Below the pieces are notes generated by a model, which saw only the letters and a list, made by a program, of their open reading frames with translations, did no database searches and was not told the origin of the DNA. From NCBI GenBank assembly GCA_963827275.1, contig CAWHAA010000005.1, positions 384,001 through 448,000 of the forward strand: DNA of 64,000 nt. Reading direction: 5' to 3'. This stretch comes from an uncultured Spirochaetota bacterium (lineage in GTDB: Bacteria > Spirochaetota > UBA4802 > UBA5550). Positions within the stretch are counted from its first letter, which is position 1; each line of letters begins with the position of its first letter. A program made the position numbers and the translations under genes. Below, piece after piece: positions 10,480 to 21,346 of the stretch.

Positions 10480-11286
10480 TTAAAACGCCATCCCCACGGC
10501 AAGGCCGCCCGGACAGGTCGTCAGGTACCAGCGGTCCTCATACCCGTCGCCATACGCGGCGCCCGTCTCTCCGTAATAACGCCGGCGGTACTCCTGCCAG
10601 TCCTTTATCGCGCGTGTCGGCTGTGTCCATACCGTTGCTTCAAACACCGCGAAGCCGGTAAAAAAGCTGATGATGGCGTCCTTCCACGGGTCCTTGCCCT
10701 TCTGGCACTGCCAGATGATAATGCTTCCCGCCGCGTTCACGCCGATGCCCATCAGGTGCTTCCACCAGGCCCTGCCCATTGTTTCTTTCTTTGCGCATTT
10801 TTCGAGTATGCGCTCCGCCTCGCTGAGCTTTCTGGCTATCTCCTCGTCACTCCCCGCGGGCATCTCCGCGAGCCTGCCCGCCGCATAGGCCGGCGTGAAG
10901 GGCATTACAAGCAGCAGGCCGAGAGAAAGCGCGCTCTTTGTCGCGCCTACCGTATAATTGACCCACTGTTCCTTTTTCGGGAATGTCGTCTTGCTCGCCA
11001 TGTTAAAATCATCCTTGATGCGGTCAAGCCTGCTGAAATCTTCATTGTGGTTCCAGGCGACCCCCGCAAGGGCATATTGGCCCGCGGAAAGCGCCGCGTA
11101 CCCGGCGATCCAGAGTCCCCACCATATCTGCGCGTTTTTCTCTCCTTCCAGAAGGGATTTCTGGACGAACTCGATCTTTTCCTTGGCCCTGGCTCCCTGT
11201 GCGCCCTGGGCCTTCTGCGCGGCGAGCGGCGCCGCACACAGGGCTACCGCCACCATTATCGAACATACTGCCGTTCCGTGTTTCAT
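10480..11286 (-). CDS. Hypothetical exported/membrane protein
   Basis: Signal-peptide-like N-terminus (APLAA-Q), several hydrophobic helices, C-terminal F. Confidence 0.65.
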   Translation of the reverse strand: MKHGTAVCSIMVAVALCAAPLAAQKAQGAQGARAKEKIEFVQKSLLEGEKNAQIWWGLWIAGYAALSAGQYALAGVAWNHNEDFSRLDRIKDDFNMASKTTFPKKEQWVNYTVGATKSALSLGLLLVMPFTPAYAAGRLAEMPAGSDEEIARKLSEAERILEKCAKKETMGRAWWKHLMGIGVNAAGSIIIWQCQKGKDPWKDAIISFFTGFAVFEATVWTQPTRAIKDWQEYRRRYYGETGAAYGDGYEDRWYLTTCPGGLAVGMAF

Positions 11287-11532
11287 ACTTGTATTGCTCC
11301 TTGTTGGTTTGTACCGCCCGACGCACTTGCAACACCGCGTCGGCCCCCGGTTGATTGTACGACTATCCGGCCCTGCCACCAGGGCATGGCAGGAAACGAC
11401 CATGAACATTGTGCATTAGATTGGCTAAAAAGGAATGGCAACATTAATATCCGATAACGGATATTGCGTCAAATCAAAAACAATTGCAAATTGTATTTGC
11501 CGATCACAACCCTCGCCCATCCGCAGAAACAG

Positions 11533-11560
11533 ACCGGGACGGCAGTGTCACCGTCCCGGT
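11533..11560 (-). terminator. Hairpin downstream of the acetate module
   Basis: ACCGGGACGG...CCGTCCCGGT stem. Confidence 0.45.
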
Positions 11561-11618
11561 ATCCAGAATGCATTTTCGCGGCCACAGCCCCGGCGCCCCG
11601 GGGAGCCGCCCGGCCCCG

Positions 11619-12656
11619 TTATCCGATCATCTTTTTAACGTCGAGGTAATCCTTTACAAGCTGCTCGAGGTATTTTATCTTCTCTCCGCCGTCGTGGGTA
11701 AGCAGGGCCTCAAAATTGTCCATCTGGCGCGCGACCTCGTAGGTGTCATAGGGCACCAGCAGGAGCGGGATCTTCTTCTCGGAGGCCTTGCTGATAATAT
11801 TCGGCGGCGGCACGATATTGTTCGTCAGGATAACGCCGACCGTGTCGCTTTCAAGCGCCGCGATGATCATGTCGCTCCGGTCGCCGCTTGTAATGAGGAG
11901 CTTGTTCTCCTTGTTGAATATAGGGTTCCTGAGCGACTCGTCAGTCGACATGGCGCCCACGAAGATATGCCGCACCACGTTGTCCAGTCCTTCTTCGCCC
12001 GCAATCACCCGGGCCAGGAAACGGTCCGCGAGGGAGCTTACCGTGAAGTTCGTCAGCTGTGTCTTGTACGGGATTATCCCGAGTACGGGCACCTTCATTT
12101 CGTCGATTGCCGGCAGGAAGCTGTTCTTGAAGTCATCGACGTCCTGCACCTTGTTCACGATGATCCCGCCGAAGTCTATCTTCGACAGATCGATCGATTG
12201 ATGGAGAAAGCGCACATCGTCGGAAACGCGGTCGCCGTCCCCGCTGACGACCACCACGAGGCGCGCCGAGAGGTAGCGCGCCATTGACAGTGAATCGAGG
12301 TGCACCGACGCACCCCATGCAAGGTCGCGCCCGCCCTCGATGAACAGCACGTCGCGCCCGGTGCCGACCGCTTCGGACATGTTCGCGAGCATGCCCTTTA
12401 TCCCCTGCTCGTCGTATTTATACCGCAGCTTGGAATGCGTGAAGCCCAGGGAGATGCTGTCCGGCTCGGCGTCGATACCAAGCACTTTCAGGAGCACCAT
12501 CGCGTCATGGTCCACGTTTTTCTTCCGCTTGTATACCAGGCGGTCGCCGAGCGGCTTAATATATCCGTATTTTTTCTGCACCGCCGCTGAAACGCCGGCG
12601 ATAATGCTCGTCTTGCCCGCACCCTCGCGCGTCGATGCAATCAGTATCTTCTTCAT
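11619..12656 (-). CDS. Pta N-terminal-like protein (BioD-like P-loop + DRTGG), no catalytic PTA domain
   Basis: GAGKT, IKPLG, IEGG, GAM, TSGDRSD. Confidence 0.85.
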   Translation of the reverse strand: MKKILIASTREGAGKTSIIAGVSAAVQKKYGYIKPLGDRLVYKRKKNVDHDAMVLLKVLGIDAEPDSISLGFTHSKLRYKYDEQGIKGMLANMSEAVGTGRDVLFIEGGRDLAWGASVHLDSLSMARYLSARLVVVVSGDGDRVSDDVRFLHQSIDLSKIDFGGIIVNKVQDVDDFKNSFLPAIDEMKVPVLGIIPYKTQLTNFTVSSLADRFLARVIAGEEGLDNVVRHIFVGAMSTDESLRNPIFNKENKLLITSGDRSDMIIAALESDTVGVILTNNIVPPPNIISKASEKKIPLLLVPYDTYEVARQMDNFEALLTHDGGEKIKYLEQLVKDYLDVKKMIG

Positions 12657-12666
12657 TTTTGCCTCC

Positions 12667-14781
12667 TCAGCCTGTGATTAATATGCGGCTGTCAACCGCC
12701 TTGTGTCCCCGCTTCTGCTCATACACGACCACGGGGTTGATTTCGATGTCAGTGATCCTCGGGCATTTCCTGATGATGGTGCCCACCTTGATGAGCGCAT
12801 CTATCAGCCCCTCGATGTCTTTCCGCGGCTCACCGCGCACGCCCAGGAGCAGAGGGAACGACCTGAGTTCCTTCAGCATTTTCATCGCCTCGGCCTTGTT
12901 GAAGGGATATCCCCTGAAGGCCACGTCCTTCATCACCTCGACATAGATCCCGCCGAATCCGCACATCACTATCGGCCCGAACGACGCGTCCCGCCGCGCC
13001 CCGACGATGATCTCCGTTCCCTTCTGCACCATCTCGCAGACCTCGATCCCGTCGATATGGGCGTCCGGCTTGTACGCCTGGCAGTTCTTGATGATCGCCT
13101 CATAGGCGTCCATCACCTCTTCCTTGTTGTCGATATCAAGCGCCACGCCGCCCGCGTCGCTCTTATGGAGGATGTCCTTCGACACGATCTTCATGACCAG
13201 GGGGTAGCCTATCTCTTCAGCGATCTGGACCGCCTGCTCGATCGAGTGCGCCACTTTCGTCTGTGGAATGCTCACCCCGGCGGCCCGCATCACCGCGGAG
13301 CCCTCGTTTGCGAGGAGGAACGAACGCCTGTCCGCCAGCGCGCCGTCGACGATGCGGTTGATTGCCGCGATATCGATGTCGGCATCCTCGGCGGCGCCGG
13401 TCTTTTCGGTCTTCGACCGCTCGGACCGGTAGAGCATGCCGAGGCAGGAGACCGCCTGGTACACGTCGCCGTAGACCGGCACGTTGTCGTGCCTCAATCG
13501 TATGATTGCGTCCTCGACCGCCGTGCCGCCCACAATGGCGTAGCAGACGGGCTTGCCCGCGTCCAGATGTTTTTTATGGGTCGCCTTTATCATCGGCACC
13601 AGGTCGGCCGACTCGAAGGTCGCCGTTTCGCAGTAGAGCGCGATAGTGGCGTCGATGCCCGGGTTCGCCGTTGGGACCGACAGGGCAAGATCATAGTCTT
13701 GTGCCTTGGCGCCGCCGGTCAGGTCCACCGGGTTCTTTGTTGAGCCGAAGGAAGGGACCACGGACTCGAAGGCGCGCTTCAGCTCGGCCTGGTCGTCATA
13801 GAGGTCAATGGCGTAGCGCTCGCACGCGTCCGTGGCCATGACACCCACGCCCCCGCCGTTGGTGATGATCACGCTCTTGTTTCCCTTCGGCTTCGGCGAA
13901 AAGGCGAGGAACTTGCACCAGTTGAAGGCCTCGTCGATGCTGTCGGCGCGGATGACGCCGCACTGCTTCATGATGGCGTCGAAGATGTTGTCCGAGCCGG
14001 CAAGCGAGCCGGTATGCGAGGCAGCCGCCATCGCGCCCCGCTTGGACCGGCCCGATTTTATCACCACGACCGGTTTCGTGTCGGTCGTGCGCATGAGTGC
14101 GCTGATGAGACGTTCTCCGTTTTTCACGCCCTCGATGTACATCAGGATGACCCGGGTGTCGTCGTTTTTAATGAGGTACTCCAGCAGGTCCGCCTCGTCG
14201 ATATCGCACTTGTTGCCGATCGATACGATCGTCGAAAGCCCGATGTTCTCGACGGCGGTCTTGCCGATAAGGGCGATCCCCAGCGCGCCGCTCTGGGTAA
14301 GTATCGCCACGTGGCCCGGGAGCACCGTCCCCGCCGAGAACGTCGAATTCAGGCTCGCGGGTGCCGAATAGAGGCCGAATATGTTGGGCCCCAGCACGCG
14401 CATCCCGTGCTCGCGCGCCACGGCCACGATTTTTTTCTCCTCCTCCGTGTTCCCGGTCTCGGAGAACCCGGACGTGATTATCTGCATGAACTTCACGCCC
14501 TTCTTCGCGCACCTGGTCACCGCATCGAGCACAAATTTAGCAGGGATGACGACCGACGCAACGTCGATATCGCCCTCGATATCCTCGATGTTTTTATACA
14601 CCCTGTTCCCGAGGATCTCTCCTCCCTGCGGATTGATCGGGTACACCTTCCCGGCATATCCTCCGGAAACGATATTGTTCATGATTTTGTAACCGATCTT
14701 ATCCGTATCGTGCGAAGCGCCGATGACCGCAAAACTTTTTGGTTCAAAAAGTGTCCTGATGTCGCTGCTATTTTTTGTCAT
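12667..14781 (-). CDS. acd: ADP-forming acetate/acyl-CoA ligase, fused alpha+beta
   Basis: IGAS, GPNIFG, QSGA, SHTGSL phospho-His motif, HKSDAGGV, EINPV. Confidence 0.9.
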   Translation of the reverse strand: MTKNSSDIRTLFEPKSFAVIGASHDTDKIGYKIMNNIVSGGYAGKVYPINPQGGEILGNRVYKNIEDIEGDIDVASVVIPAKFVLDAVTRCAKKGVKFMQIITSGFSETGNTEEEKKIVAVAREHGMRVLGPNIFGLYSAPASLNSTFSAGTVLPGHVAILTQSGALGIALIGKTAVENIGLSTIVSIGNKCDIDEADLLEYLIKNDDTRVILMYIEGVKNGERLISALMRTTDTKPVVVIKSGRSKRGAMAAASHTGSLAGSDNIFDAIMKQCGVIRADSIDEAFNWCKFLAFSPKPKGNKSVIITNGGGVGVMATDACERYAIDLYDDQAELKRAFESVVPSFGSTKNPVDLTGGAKAQDYDLALSVPTANPGIDATIALYCETATFESADLVPMIKATHKKHLDAGKPVCYAIVGGTAVEDAIIRLRHDNVPVYGDVYQAVSCLGMLYRSERSKTEKTGAAEDADIDIAAINRIVDGALADRRSFLLANEGSAVMRAAGVSIPQTKVAHSIEQAVQIAEEIGYPLVMKIVSKDILHKSDAGGVALDIDNKEEVMDAYEAIIKNCQAYKPDAHIDGIEVCEMVQKGTEIIVGARRDASFGPIVMCGFGGIYVEVMKDVAFRGYPFNKAEAMKMLKELRSFPLLLGVRGEPRKDIEGLIDALIKVGTIIRKCPRITDIEINPVVVYEQKRGHKAVDSRILITG

Positions 14782-16663
14782 TGCCCGCACCAAATGTTAT
14801 AGTATATTCATATACGCCATCCTCCACCTTTTTGTCGACACGGTAACCCATCTTGTCAAACATGTGGAGCATCGGCTTATTATCCCCGAGCACGTCCGCC
14901 GTAAAACCCTGGAGCCCCTCGTTTTTCGCAAGGACGGTAATGTAGTCAAGGAGCTCCGTCCCGATTCCCTTGCCCTGGTATTCGTCCCGTACCGCGAAGG
15001 CTATGTCGGCGAAGTTCTTGTCCTCCCATTTCACGTACTGCCCGATTCCAACGACAATCTCGATGTCGTTTTTGTTCGTGCATGCCAGTATCACGATCTC
15101 TTTCGTGTAGTCTATGACCACGAACTTCTGGCGCATCTTGTGCGGAATGTCCTTCCGCACCGTCATAAAGCGGCGCTGGAGGCTCTGGTCCGACAGCGAA
15201 TAGAAAAAGTCCTTTATGAGGTCCTCGTCGCTGATGCGCACCGGCCGCAGGAACAGCTTGAAGCCGCTCCGGGTGCGGCGGTGCGTCTCAAGCCGCTCCG
15301 GGTAAACCCCCTTGTCGCCGGGGATGAACGCCTGGTCGCGGTATATGAGGTTGAGGCGCTTTGCCTCCTCGATCAGCCAGGGCCGGAAATTGGGATGCGC
15401 GATGCCGATCAGGTCCATCGCCCTCTCCCGTATGTTCTTGCCGTGGATGTAACAGATGCCGTACTCGGTGACGATATAATGTATATCGCCCCGGTTCAGG
15501 GTAACGCCGGCGCCGGTCTCTAAAAATGGCACGATGCGCGACACCTCCCCGTTCCTTGCGGTAGACTGCACCACCAGGATGCTTTTCCCTCCCTTTGACA
15601 GCACCGCCCCGCGCATGAAGTCCGCGCTCCCCCCGATGCCGCTGTAGAAGGTGCTTCCGATCGATTCCGCGGTCGACTGCCCGGTGAGGTCCACCTGGAG
15701 GGCGCTGTTGATGGCGGTCATGTTGTCAATGCTCGCGATGACCATCGGGTTGTTGGTATAATCTATCGAACGAAAATCGATGAGCGGGTTGTCGTTTATG
15801 TACTGGTAGGTGGGCTGCGATCCCATGCAGAACGAGGCCACCGTCTTGCCCCGGTTTACATTTTTCCGCGTATTGTCTATCGCACCGCTTTTTATCAGGT
15901 CAACAATCGAATCAGTGAGAAGCTCGGAGTGCACTCCCAGGTGGCGCTTGTTCTTCAGGTTGTAGAGGATGGCGTTGGGGAGGCTCCCGTACCCGAGCTG
16001 TATCGTGTCGCCGTCATTGATGATCCGGGAAACATACTTCCCGATTTCCTGCCCCACATCGCCGGGAACCTCCGGTGTATACTCCAGGAGCGGCTCGTCG
16101 CGGTGCACGATGAAATCCATGTCCTTGATATTCACGAACGTATCCCCGTGCACGCGCGGCATCTTCGCGTTGATCTGGGCGATAATGACCGAGGCCTTCT
16201 CGATGGCCGCCCTGGATATGTCAACGCTGACGCCCAGGCTCATTAACCCGTTCTCGTCAGGCAGGGACGTCTGGATCAGGGCAACATCGATGCGGATCCG
16301 TCCGCTGTATATGAGGCCCGGCACGTTCGACAGGAAGATGGGGGTATAATCGGCGAGGCCGCTATTGACGGATTTTCTGGTATTATCGCCAACGAAAAAC
16401 GAGTTATGCCGGAAATTGTAATCGAACTGCTGGTCAGCGTACGGCGCCACGCCGAGGGACCACACGTGCATCACCTGGGTCTCGGCAAAAGCGCGGGGGT
16501 TCGACCCGAGATAGGTCGCGAGCGCCTGGACAAGGTACTGCGGCTCACCGCAGCCGGTGCTGATGAATATACGATCGCCGCGCTGGATGCTGCCGAAAAT
16601 ATCCTCTTCCGGGGCGAACTTCTTTGGATACTTTTTCTTCCATGTTTCAACCGGATTTGTCAA
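14768..16663 (-). CDS. Acetyl-CoA hydrolase/transferase fused to a C-terminal GNAT domain
   Basis: QLGYG, HSE, GIGGSADF, VTEYG; C-terminal VRDEYQGKGIG and N..ML; AGGAGG RBS before TTG 16663. Confidence 0.9.
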   Translation of the reverse strand: MTNPVETWKKKYPKKFAPEEDIFGSIQRGDRIFISTGCGEPQYLVQALATYLGSNPRAFAETQVMHVWSLGVAPYADQQFDYNFRHNSFFVGDNTRKSVNSGLADYTPIFLSNVPGLIYSGRIRIDVALIQTSLPDENGLMSLGVSVDISRAAIEKASVIIAQINAKMPRVHGDTFVNIKDMDFIVHRDEPLLEYTPEVPGDVGQEIGKYVSRIINDGDTIQLGYGSLPNAILYNLKNKRHLGVHSELLTDSIVDLIKSGAIDNTRKNVNRGKTVASFCMGSQPTYQYINDNPLIDFRSIDYTNNPMVIASIDNMTAINSALQVDLTGQSTAESIGSTFYSGIGGSADFMRGAVLSKGGKSILVVQSTARNGEVSRIVPFLETGAGVTLNRGDIHYIVTEYGICYIHGKNIRERAMDLIGIAHPNFRPWLIEEAKRLNLIYRDQAFIPGDKGVYPERLETHRRTRSGFKLFLRPVRISDEDLIKDFFYSLSDQSLQRRFMTVRKDIPHKMRQKFVVIDYTKEIVILACTNKNDIEIVVGIGQYVKWEDKNFADIAFAVRDEYQGKGIGTELLDYITVLAKNEGLQGFTADVLGDNKPMLHMFDKMGYRVDKKVEDGVYEYTITFGAGNDKK

Positions 16664-16729
16664 CCCGACGCCTCCTGTTACTTCCATCAATTATATCGCG
16701 GGATGGAATTTCGCCCGCGTCCTCCGCGT

Positions 16730-17107
16730 CTAGGGCCTGTCCATCTCCTGCTTGACCAGTTTCAGCATCTCGTCAATATCGTACGGTTTCTGGAGTGTCC
16801 CGTTGCAGCCGAGCTCATAGATATCTATGTTTGACGCCGTGAGCTTCCCGATGTCGCTCAGAAGATAGATGGGCACCTTTTTGTCCATCTCCCTGATTTC
16901 GCGCACCAGCCTGAAGCCCGAGTCGATCTTCTCCATCATGATATCGCAGATGATCAAGCCCGGCTTCTTTTCCCTGAAAAGCCTGACGCCCTCGGCTCCG
17001 CTATCCGCCGCAGCGACCTGGTATCCGACCGATTCAAGCATTGTCTTTAGCGATGACAGGAAATCCGGATCATCATCGATTATCAGAATAATTTTCCTGT
17101 TACGCAT
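16730..17107 (-). CDS. Single-domain response regulator
   Basis: IIDDD, CDIMM, QKP. Confidence 0.85.
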   Translation of the reverse strand: MRNRKIILIIDDDPDFLSSLKTMLESVGYQVAAADSGAEGVRLFREKKPGLIICDIMMEKIDSGFRLVREIREMDKKVPIYLLSDIGKLTASNIDIYELGCNGTLQKPYDIDEMLKLVKQEMDRP

Positions 17108-17208
17108 CAACCCCCTCCTTGATGTCCACCGTCATTGCCGGCAATCCTCGGCGAATCGCCCTCCTGATTACAATTAACGGCATGGTTGAATCCATTTCAA
17201 ATTTTAAT

Positions 17209-18288
17209 TCACGAAACAGCATCCTTCGGGATGGTGAAAAAGAAGGTCACGTAATCCCCTACTACCGACTCCGCCCACATCCGCCCGTGGTGCTTTTCTA
17301 TGATCTTTTTGCAAATGTAGAGCCCGAGTCCCGATCCCTTCACGCCTTCGGTACCCTTCTGCTTTAAACGGTTGAATTTCTTGAAAAGCCGCTCTTCAAT
17401 GTCCTTTTTCGATATCCCGACGCCCTTATTGTTGATTGAAAAGACGATATTGCCGCCGTCCTCATACAGTCGGACCGCAATCTCCGTACCTTCGGCACCG
17501 TACTTTATTGCGTTATTCAGCAGGTTTGTAATAACAATCTGCAGGAGATTGGGATCACCGTTTACGTGAGGCTGAACGGAGAAATCCGTGACGATGGTCA
17601 TCTTCTTCATGTTGTCCTTGTATTCCGGTATATCGAGCACCGGCTGTATTACCTCGCCTACAAGGTCGATGTTTTTAGAAAATGATTCCAGGTTATCGAT
17701 GTCCATCTTGGAAAGGTCGATATAGCAGCGGATAATGTCCTCGAGGTACTGGCAGTTGCGGAGTATCCGCTCCACGGTCTTCTTCTGCTCCGGGTCCAGC
17801 GTCCCGAGGTAGCCCCGGTAGAGGGTCTCCGCCGTGGTATGCACCGCCGACACCGGGCTCTTCAGCTCATGCGATACGATGGCCATGATGTCCAGCATGC
17901 CGGAATCGGAATTCTTCTCCCGTGATTTCACCGCGTTATCGACGACCGACCTGAGCTCTTCGCTGGTGAACGGCTTCGGGATGTAATCGAACGCACCCGC
18001 TTTGAGCGCCTCCCGGGCATTCTCGACCGTCGCATACCCGGTAAAAATGACCACGGTCACATCGGGCCTGTTCTTTCTCAGGTCGGCGAGCACTTCCATG
18101 CCGCTCATCCCCGGCATCTTCAGGTCAGTAATGACGATATCAGGTTCTTTTTCGGCGACACGGCGCATGCCCTCGTCGCCCGATGAAGCGGTTTCGATTT
18201 CATATGCTTCGTTTTTCAATATCCTGAGGCAGCTTTTCAGCACGATATCCTCATCATCGATTATCAGAATACGTGTTTTTTTATCCAT
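17209..18288 (-). CDS. Receiver-histidine kinase hybrid
   Basis: IDDE, DLKMP, KP; SHELKSP, NAIKY, GSGLGL. Confidence 0.9.
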   Translation of the reverse strand: MDKKTRILIIDDEDIVLKSCLRILKNEAYEIETASSGDEGMRRVAEKEPDIVITDLKMPGMSGMEVLADLRKNRPDVTVVIFTGYATVENAREALKAGAFDYIPKPFTSEELRSVVDNAVKSREKNSDSGMLDIMAIVSHELKSPVSAVHTTAETLYRGYLGTLDPEQKKTVERILRNCQYLEDIIRCYIDLSKMDIDNLESFSKNIDLVGEVIQPVLDIPEYKDNMKKMTIVTDFSVQPHVNGDPNLLQIVITNLLNNAIKYGAEGTEIAVRLYEDGGNIVFSINNKGVGISKKDIEERLFKKFNRLKQKGTEGVKGSGLGLYICKKIIEKHHGRMWAESVVGDYVTFFFTIPKDAVS

Positions 18289-18317
18289 GTCGCCCTCGAG
18301 AAGTAATCAAGAATCTA

Positions 18318-20255
18318 TCAAGTTGCTGCAACATTTTCCGCGTCAACAGGAAATTCAACCGTGAACGTGGTGCCGGCGCCCAGCGTGCTTTCCACCCGAA
18401 TGGTCCCGTTATGGCGCTGGACTATTCCATAGGTCACGGAAAGCCCCAGCCCGGTGCCCTTACCCGTCTCCTTTGTCGTGTAAAATGGATCGAATATTTT
18501 CGTGAGGTTCTCCCGGCTGATCCCGGTGCCCGTATCCGTCACCGTGACGATTATTTTCCTTCCCTGGTCGTCATACCGCGTCTTTACGGTCAGCTCCCCG
18601 CCGCCTGACATCGCGTCCGCGGCGTTGACCGCCAGGTTGTTCAGCACCGATTTTATCTGGTTCGTGTCCAGGTTGAAGTCAGGCAGGTCCTCGCCCAGGT
18701 CTTTATTTATCTTTATATTTTGGAAGGTAACGTGTTTCTCGAGTATCGCAAGCAGCTCATTGATTATTTTATTAATGTTCGCGGGGCGCTTGTCAATTTT
18801 TGTTTCTCGCGCAAAATCGAGGATGCCTTTCACGATTTCACGGCACCGCAGCGTCTCATCAATGATCACCTTCAAATCCGCCTGGTAGCCCGGGTCCTTG
18901 ATCTCCTCGTACAGCACGGTACTGTAGGTGAGCACGCCGGTAAGCGGATTGTTTATCTCGTGTGCGATGCCGGACGCAAGCCTTCCCAGGGACGCCAGTT
19001 TTTCTGACTGCGCCATCTGCATCTCGGTCTGCTCCTTGAGCTTCCGGTCGCGTTCGGCGATCGCATCGATCATCATGTTGAATGTTTCACACAGGTATCC
19101 CATCTCGTCAGACGATACCACGTCGATCTTCTTCGTGTAATTGCCCGCCGCCATCTGCTTCGACGCCATCACGAGGGAGCGTATGGGAGTGGTAATGCCT
19201 CTTATAAGGTACACGGAGAGAGCCGCCGCCATGAAGATCGAAATCATGATGATAAGCATGGAGAACAGTGTGGCATTCCGCTTGATCACATTGTACTTTT
19301 CTTCGAGTATTCCCACATAGAGAATTCCCACGACCTTTTTATCCAGGTCATATATCGGGCTGTAACCGGAGAGGTACCAGTTGCTCACCACGAACGCCTT
19401 GTCGAGCCACATCTTCTCGCGCTCGAAAACTTCCCGGTACACCTCTTCCGACACCTGTGTCCCCACGGCACGCGTGCCGTGCCTATTTTTTACGTTTGTC
19501 GATATGCGCAGGTCATCCATGAATATCGTTACGGTGCCGATTTCGTATCCGCCGATACGCTCGTTTTTGAAAAGCAGGTTCTTCAGCGAATCGACCATTT
19601 CAAAGTTTTTATTAAGCAGCTTCGCGCCGTAAATAACGCCGATAAGCCTCCCATTGCTGAAGATCGGCGCGGCGGCCTTCTTGCACATGCCGTTTGCTTC
19701 AAATATTTTATCCTTCGGCCTGGCCCGCAGCGTCGGTATGACACGGATATACGCCTGGTCCGCGAGTTTTTTGCTTTCGCGGAGCAGATCGTCCCGGCTC
19801 ACGATATCGGTCCCGGAGCATGATTTTCTATTTTCGATCACGTACCTGACGAACCGGTCCCCGCTGACATCGTCACCGAAGTTGTCGGAGCTGTTCGCGC
19901 GCGCGATGACCCTTCCGTTCGCATCCGTAATGGTCATGATATCGATGTTGAGCTCCTTTTTAACTTCCCGGAGTTTTTCAACAAGGAGGGTACGGTTATT
20001 CTGCAATATTGCTGTCTGGAGATAGCCGAGCGATGAAAGGTGGTTGATGAAAAGATAGATTATCTGTATGCGTTCGTTATAAAAATAGATGGCAGTGTTG
20101 AGGTGGCTCCTCACTTCATCATATGCCTGGCCAACCACGTTGTTATTGATGACGTTGCGGCTGATAAATATGGAGCTTATGCCGCTTATGGCGACAACTG
20201 ACATCAGGCTGATTACAAGTTTTGTGCTAATCTTAGCCTTGAATCGTCCCATCAT
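18318..20255 (-). CDS. Cache/HAMP sensor histidine kinase
   Basis: Two TM helices, RISTNV..RAVGT, HAMP, AHEINNP, GTGLGL. Confidence 0.9.
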   Translation of the reverse strand: MMGRFKAKISTKLVISLMSVVAISGISSIFISRNVINNNVVGQAYDEVRSHLNTAIYFYNERIQIIYLFINHLSSLGYLQTAILQNNRTLLVEKLREVKKELNIDIMTITDANGRVIARANSSDNFGDDVSGDRFVRYVIENRKSCSGTDIVSRDDLLRESKKLADQAYIRVIPTLRARPKDKIFEANGMCKKAAAPIFSNGRLIGVIYGAKLLNKNFEMVDSLKNLLFKNERIGGYEIGTVTIFMDDLRISTNVKNRHGTRAVGTQVSEEVYREVFEREKMWLDKAFVVSNWYLSGYSPIYDLDKKVVGILYVGILEEKYNVIKRNATLFSMLIIMISIFMAAALSVYLIRGITTPIRSLVMASKQMAAGNYTKKIDVVSSDEMGYLCETFNMMIDAIAERDRKLKEQTEMQMAQSEKLASLGRLASGIAHEINNPLTGVLTYSTVLYEEIKDPGYQADLKVIIDETLRCREIVKGILDFARETKIDKRPANINKIINELLAILEKHVTFQNIKINKDLGEDLPDFNLDTNQIKSVLNNLAVNAADAMSGGGELTVKTRYDDQGRKIIVTVTDTGTGISRENLTKIFDPFYTTKETGKGTGLGLSVTYGIVQRHNGTIRVESTLGAGTTFTVEFPVDAENVAAT

Positions 20256-20281
20256 CAGTTGCCACCACCCACGAGTAGGAA

Positions 20282-20683
20282 TTATGTGTTTTTCGCGACC
20301 TTCTCGAGGAGTTGATCAAAATTCACCGGTTTTGTCAAGAAATCATTAATCCTCGGCAAAAAACTGTCCTTGTCGCTGAGAGAGAACCGCGAATTGGTCA
20401 CCTGGTTAATTGCGGTGAGCACGATAATCGGCACATTCTTTACTTCTTTATACTTTGAAGTCGGCCGTTCGCTCCGCAGCATGTCTGCCACTTCAAAACC
20501 GGCAGTGTCCTTCTCCATCATGATATCCAGTATGATCAGGTCCGGCTTTACCGCCAGGACCTTTTTCAGCGCCTCGGCGCCTGAATACGCCTCGGTCACT
20601 TCATATCCTTTCATGGAGAGCACTTTAGATATACTGGCACAGGTATCTATATCATCGTCGACCAATAATATTTTTTTGCTCAT
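20282..20683 (-). CDS. Single-domain response regulator
   Basis: VDDD, LDIMM, LTA, TKP. Confidence 0.85.
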   Translation of the reverse strand: MSKKILLVDDDIDTCASISKVLSMKGYEVTEAYSGAEALKKVLAVKPDLIILDIMMEKDTAGFEVADMLRSERPTSKYKEVKNVPIIVLTAINQVTNSRFSLSDKDSFLPRINDFLTKPVNFDQLLEKVAKNT

Positions 20684-20802
20684 TGAATTACTCCATAGTA
20701 AAGTATAATTGCGTCTCTCCCGCGGCCCGACCCGCTTCACCAGGCCACCCTCCCCTCCAGCGTTTTGACCGGGAGAGGGCGCCGGAAGGTCAGGCATTCA
20801 TC

Positions 20803-21335
20803 CTATTTATTCAGCACCTGGTATATAACGTTCCGCTCTTCCCAGGCCTTGTTCTTCAGATACACGTCGATCGGGAACTCGACCTGTTTCAGCTCGACCG
20901 GGGACGCCTTCTTGTCCACGAGGCCCAGTGCGAGCGCCACGCCGTAAATTATTGCCTCCGGCTTCGGCGGGCATCCGGGGATGATATAGTTCACCGGCAC
21001 CGCCTTGTCGGCGCCGCCCGGTCACATGGTAGCAGTCAAACCAGCGAACCGCCGCCGGACGCGCAGGACCCGATGCCGAACACCAGCTTCGGCTCCGGCA
21101 TCGCCTCGTAGGCCTTCTTCACCAGCGGGAGGGTCGGCCTGGTGACCGCGCCGGATATCAGCATGACGTCGGCATGCCTCGGCGAAGCGACGAGCTTCAT
21201 TCCGAAACGCTCGATATCGTAGTAGGGCGTCAGGACGTTCAGAATTTCTATATCGCAACCGTTGCAGGCGCCGGAGTTGCAGTGATATACCCAAAGTGAC
21301 TTGGGAAACGCTTTTTTGCATAATTTGGCCAGCAT
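20803..21335 (-). CDS. Group-4 [NiFe]-hydrogenase small subunit (HycG/NuoB-like), frameshifted near 21020-21050
   Basis: CNGCDIE, GSCASGG, PGCPP across fragments. Confidence 0.85.
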
Positions 21336-21346
21336 ATCTCTTCTCC

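Noticed and set aside
21036..21038. Selenocysteine UGA in the hydrogenase small subunit
   Set aside because: The stop arises from a frameshift; the shifted frame reads WFDCYHV and all Cys ligands are present
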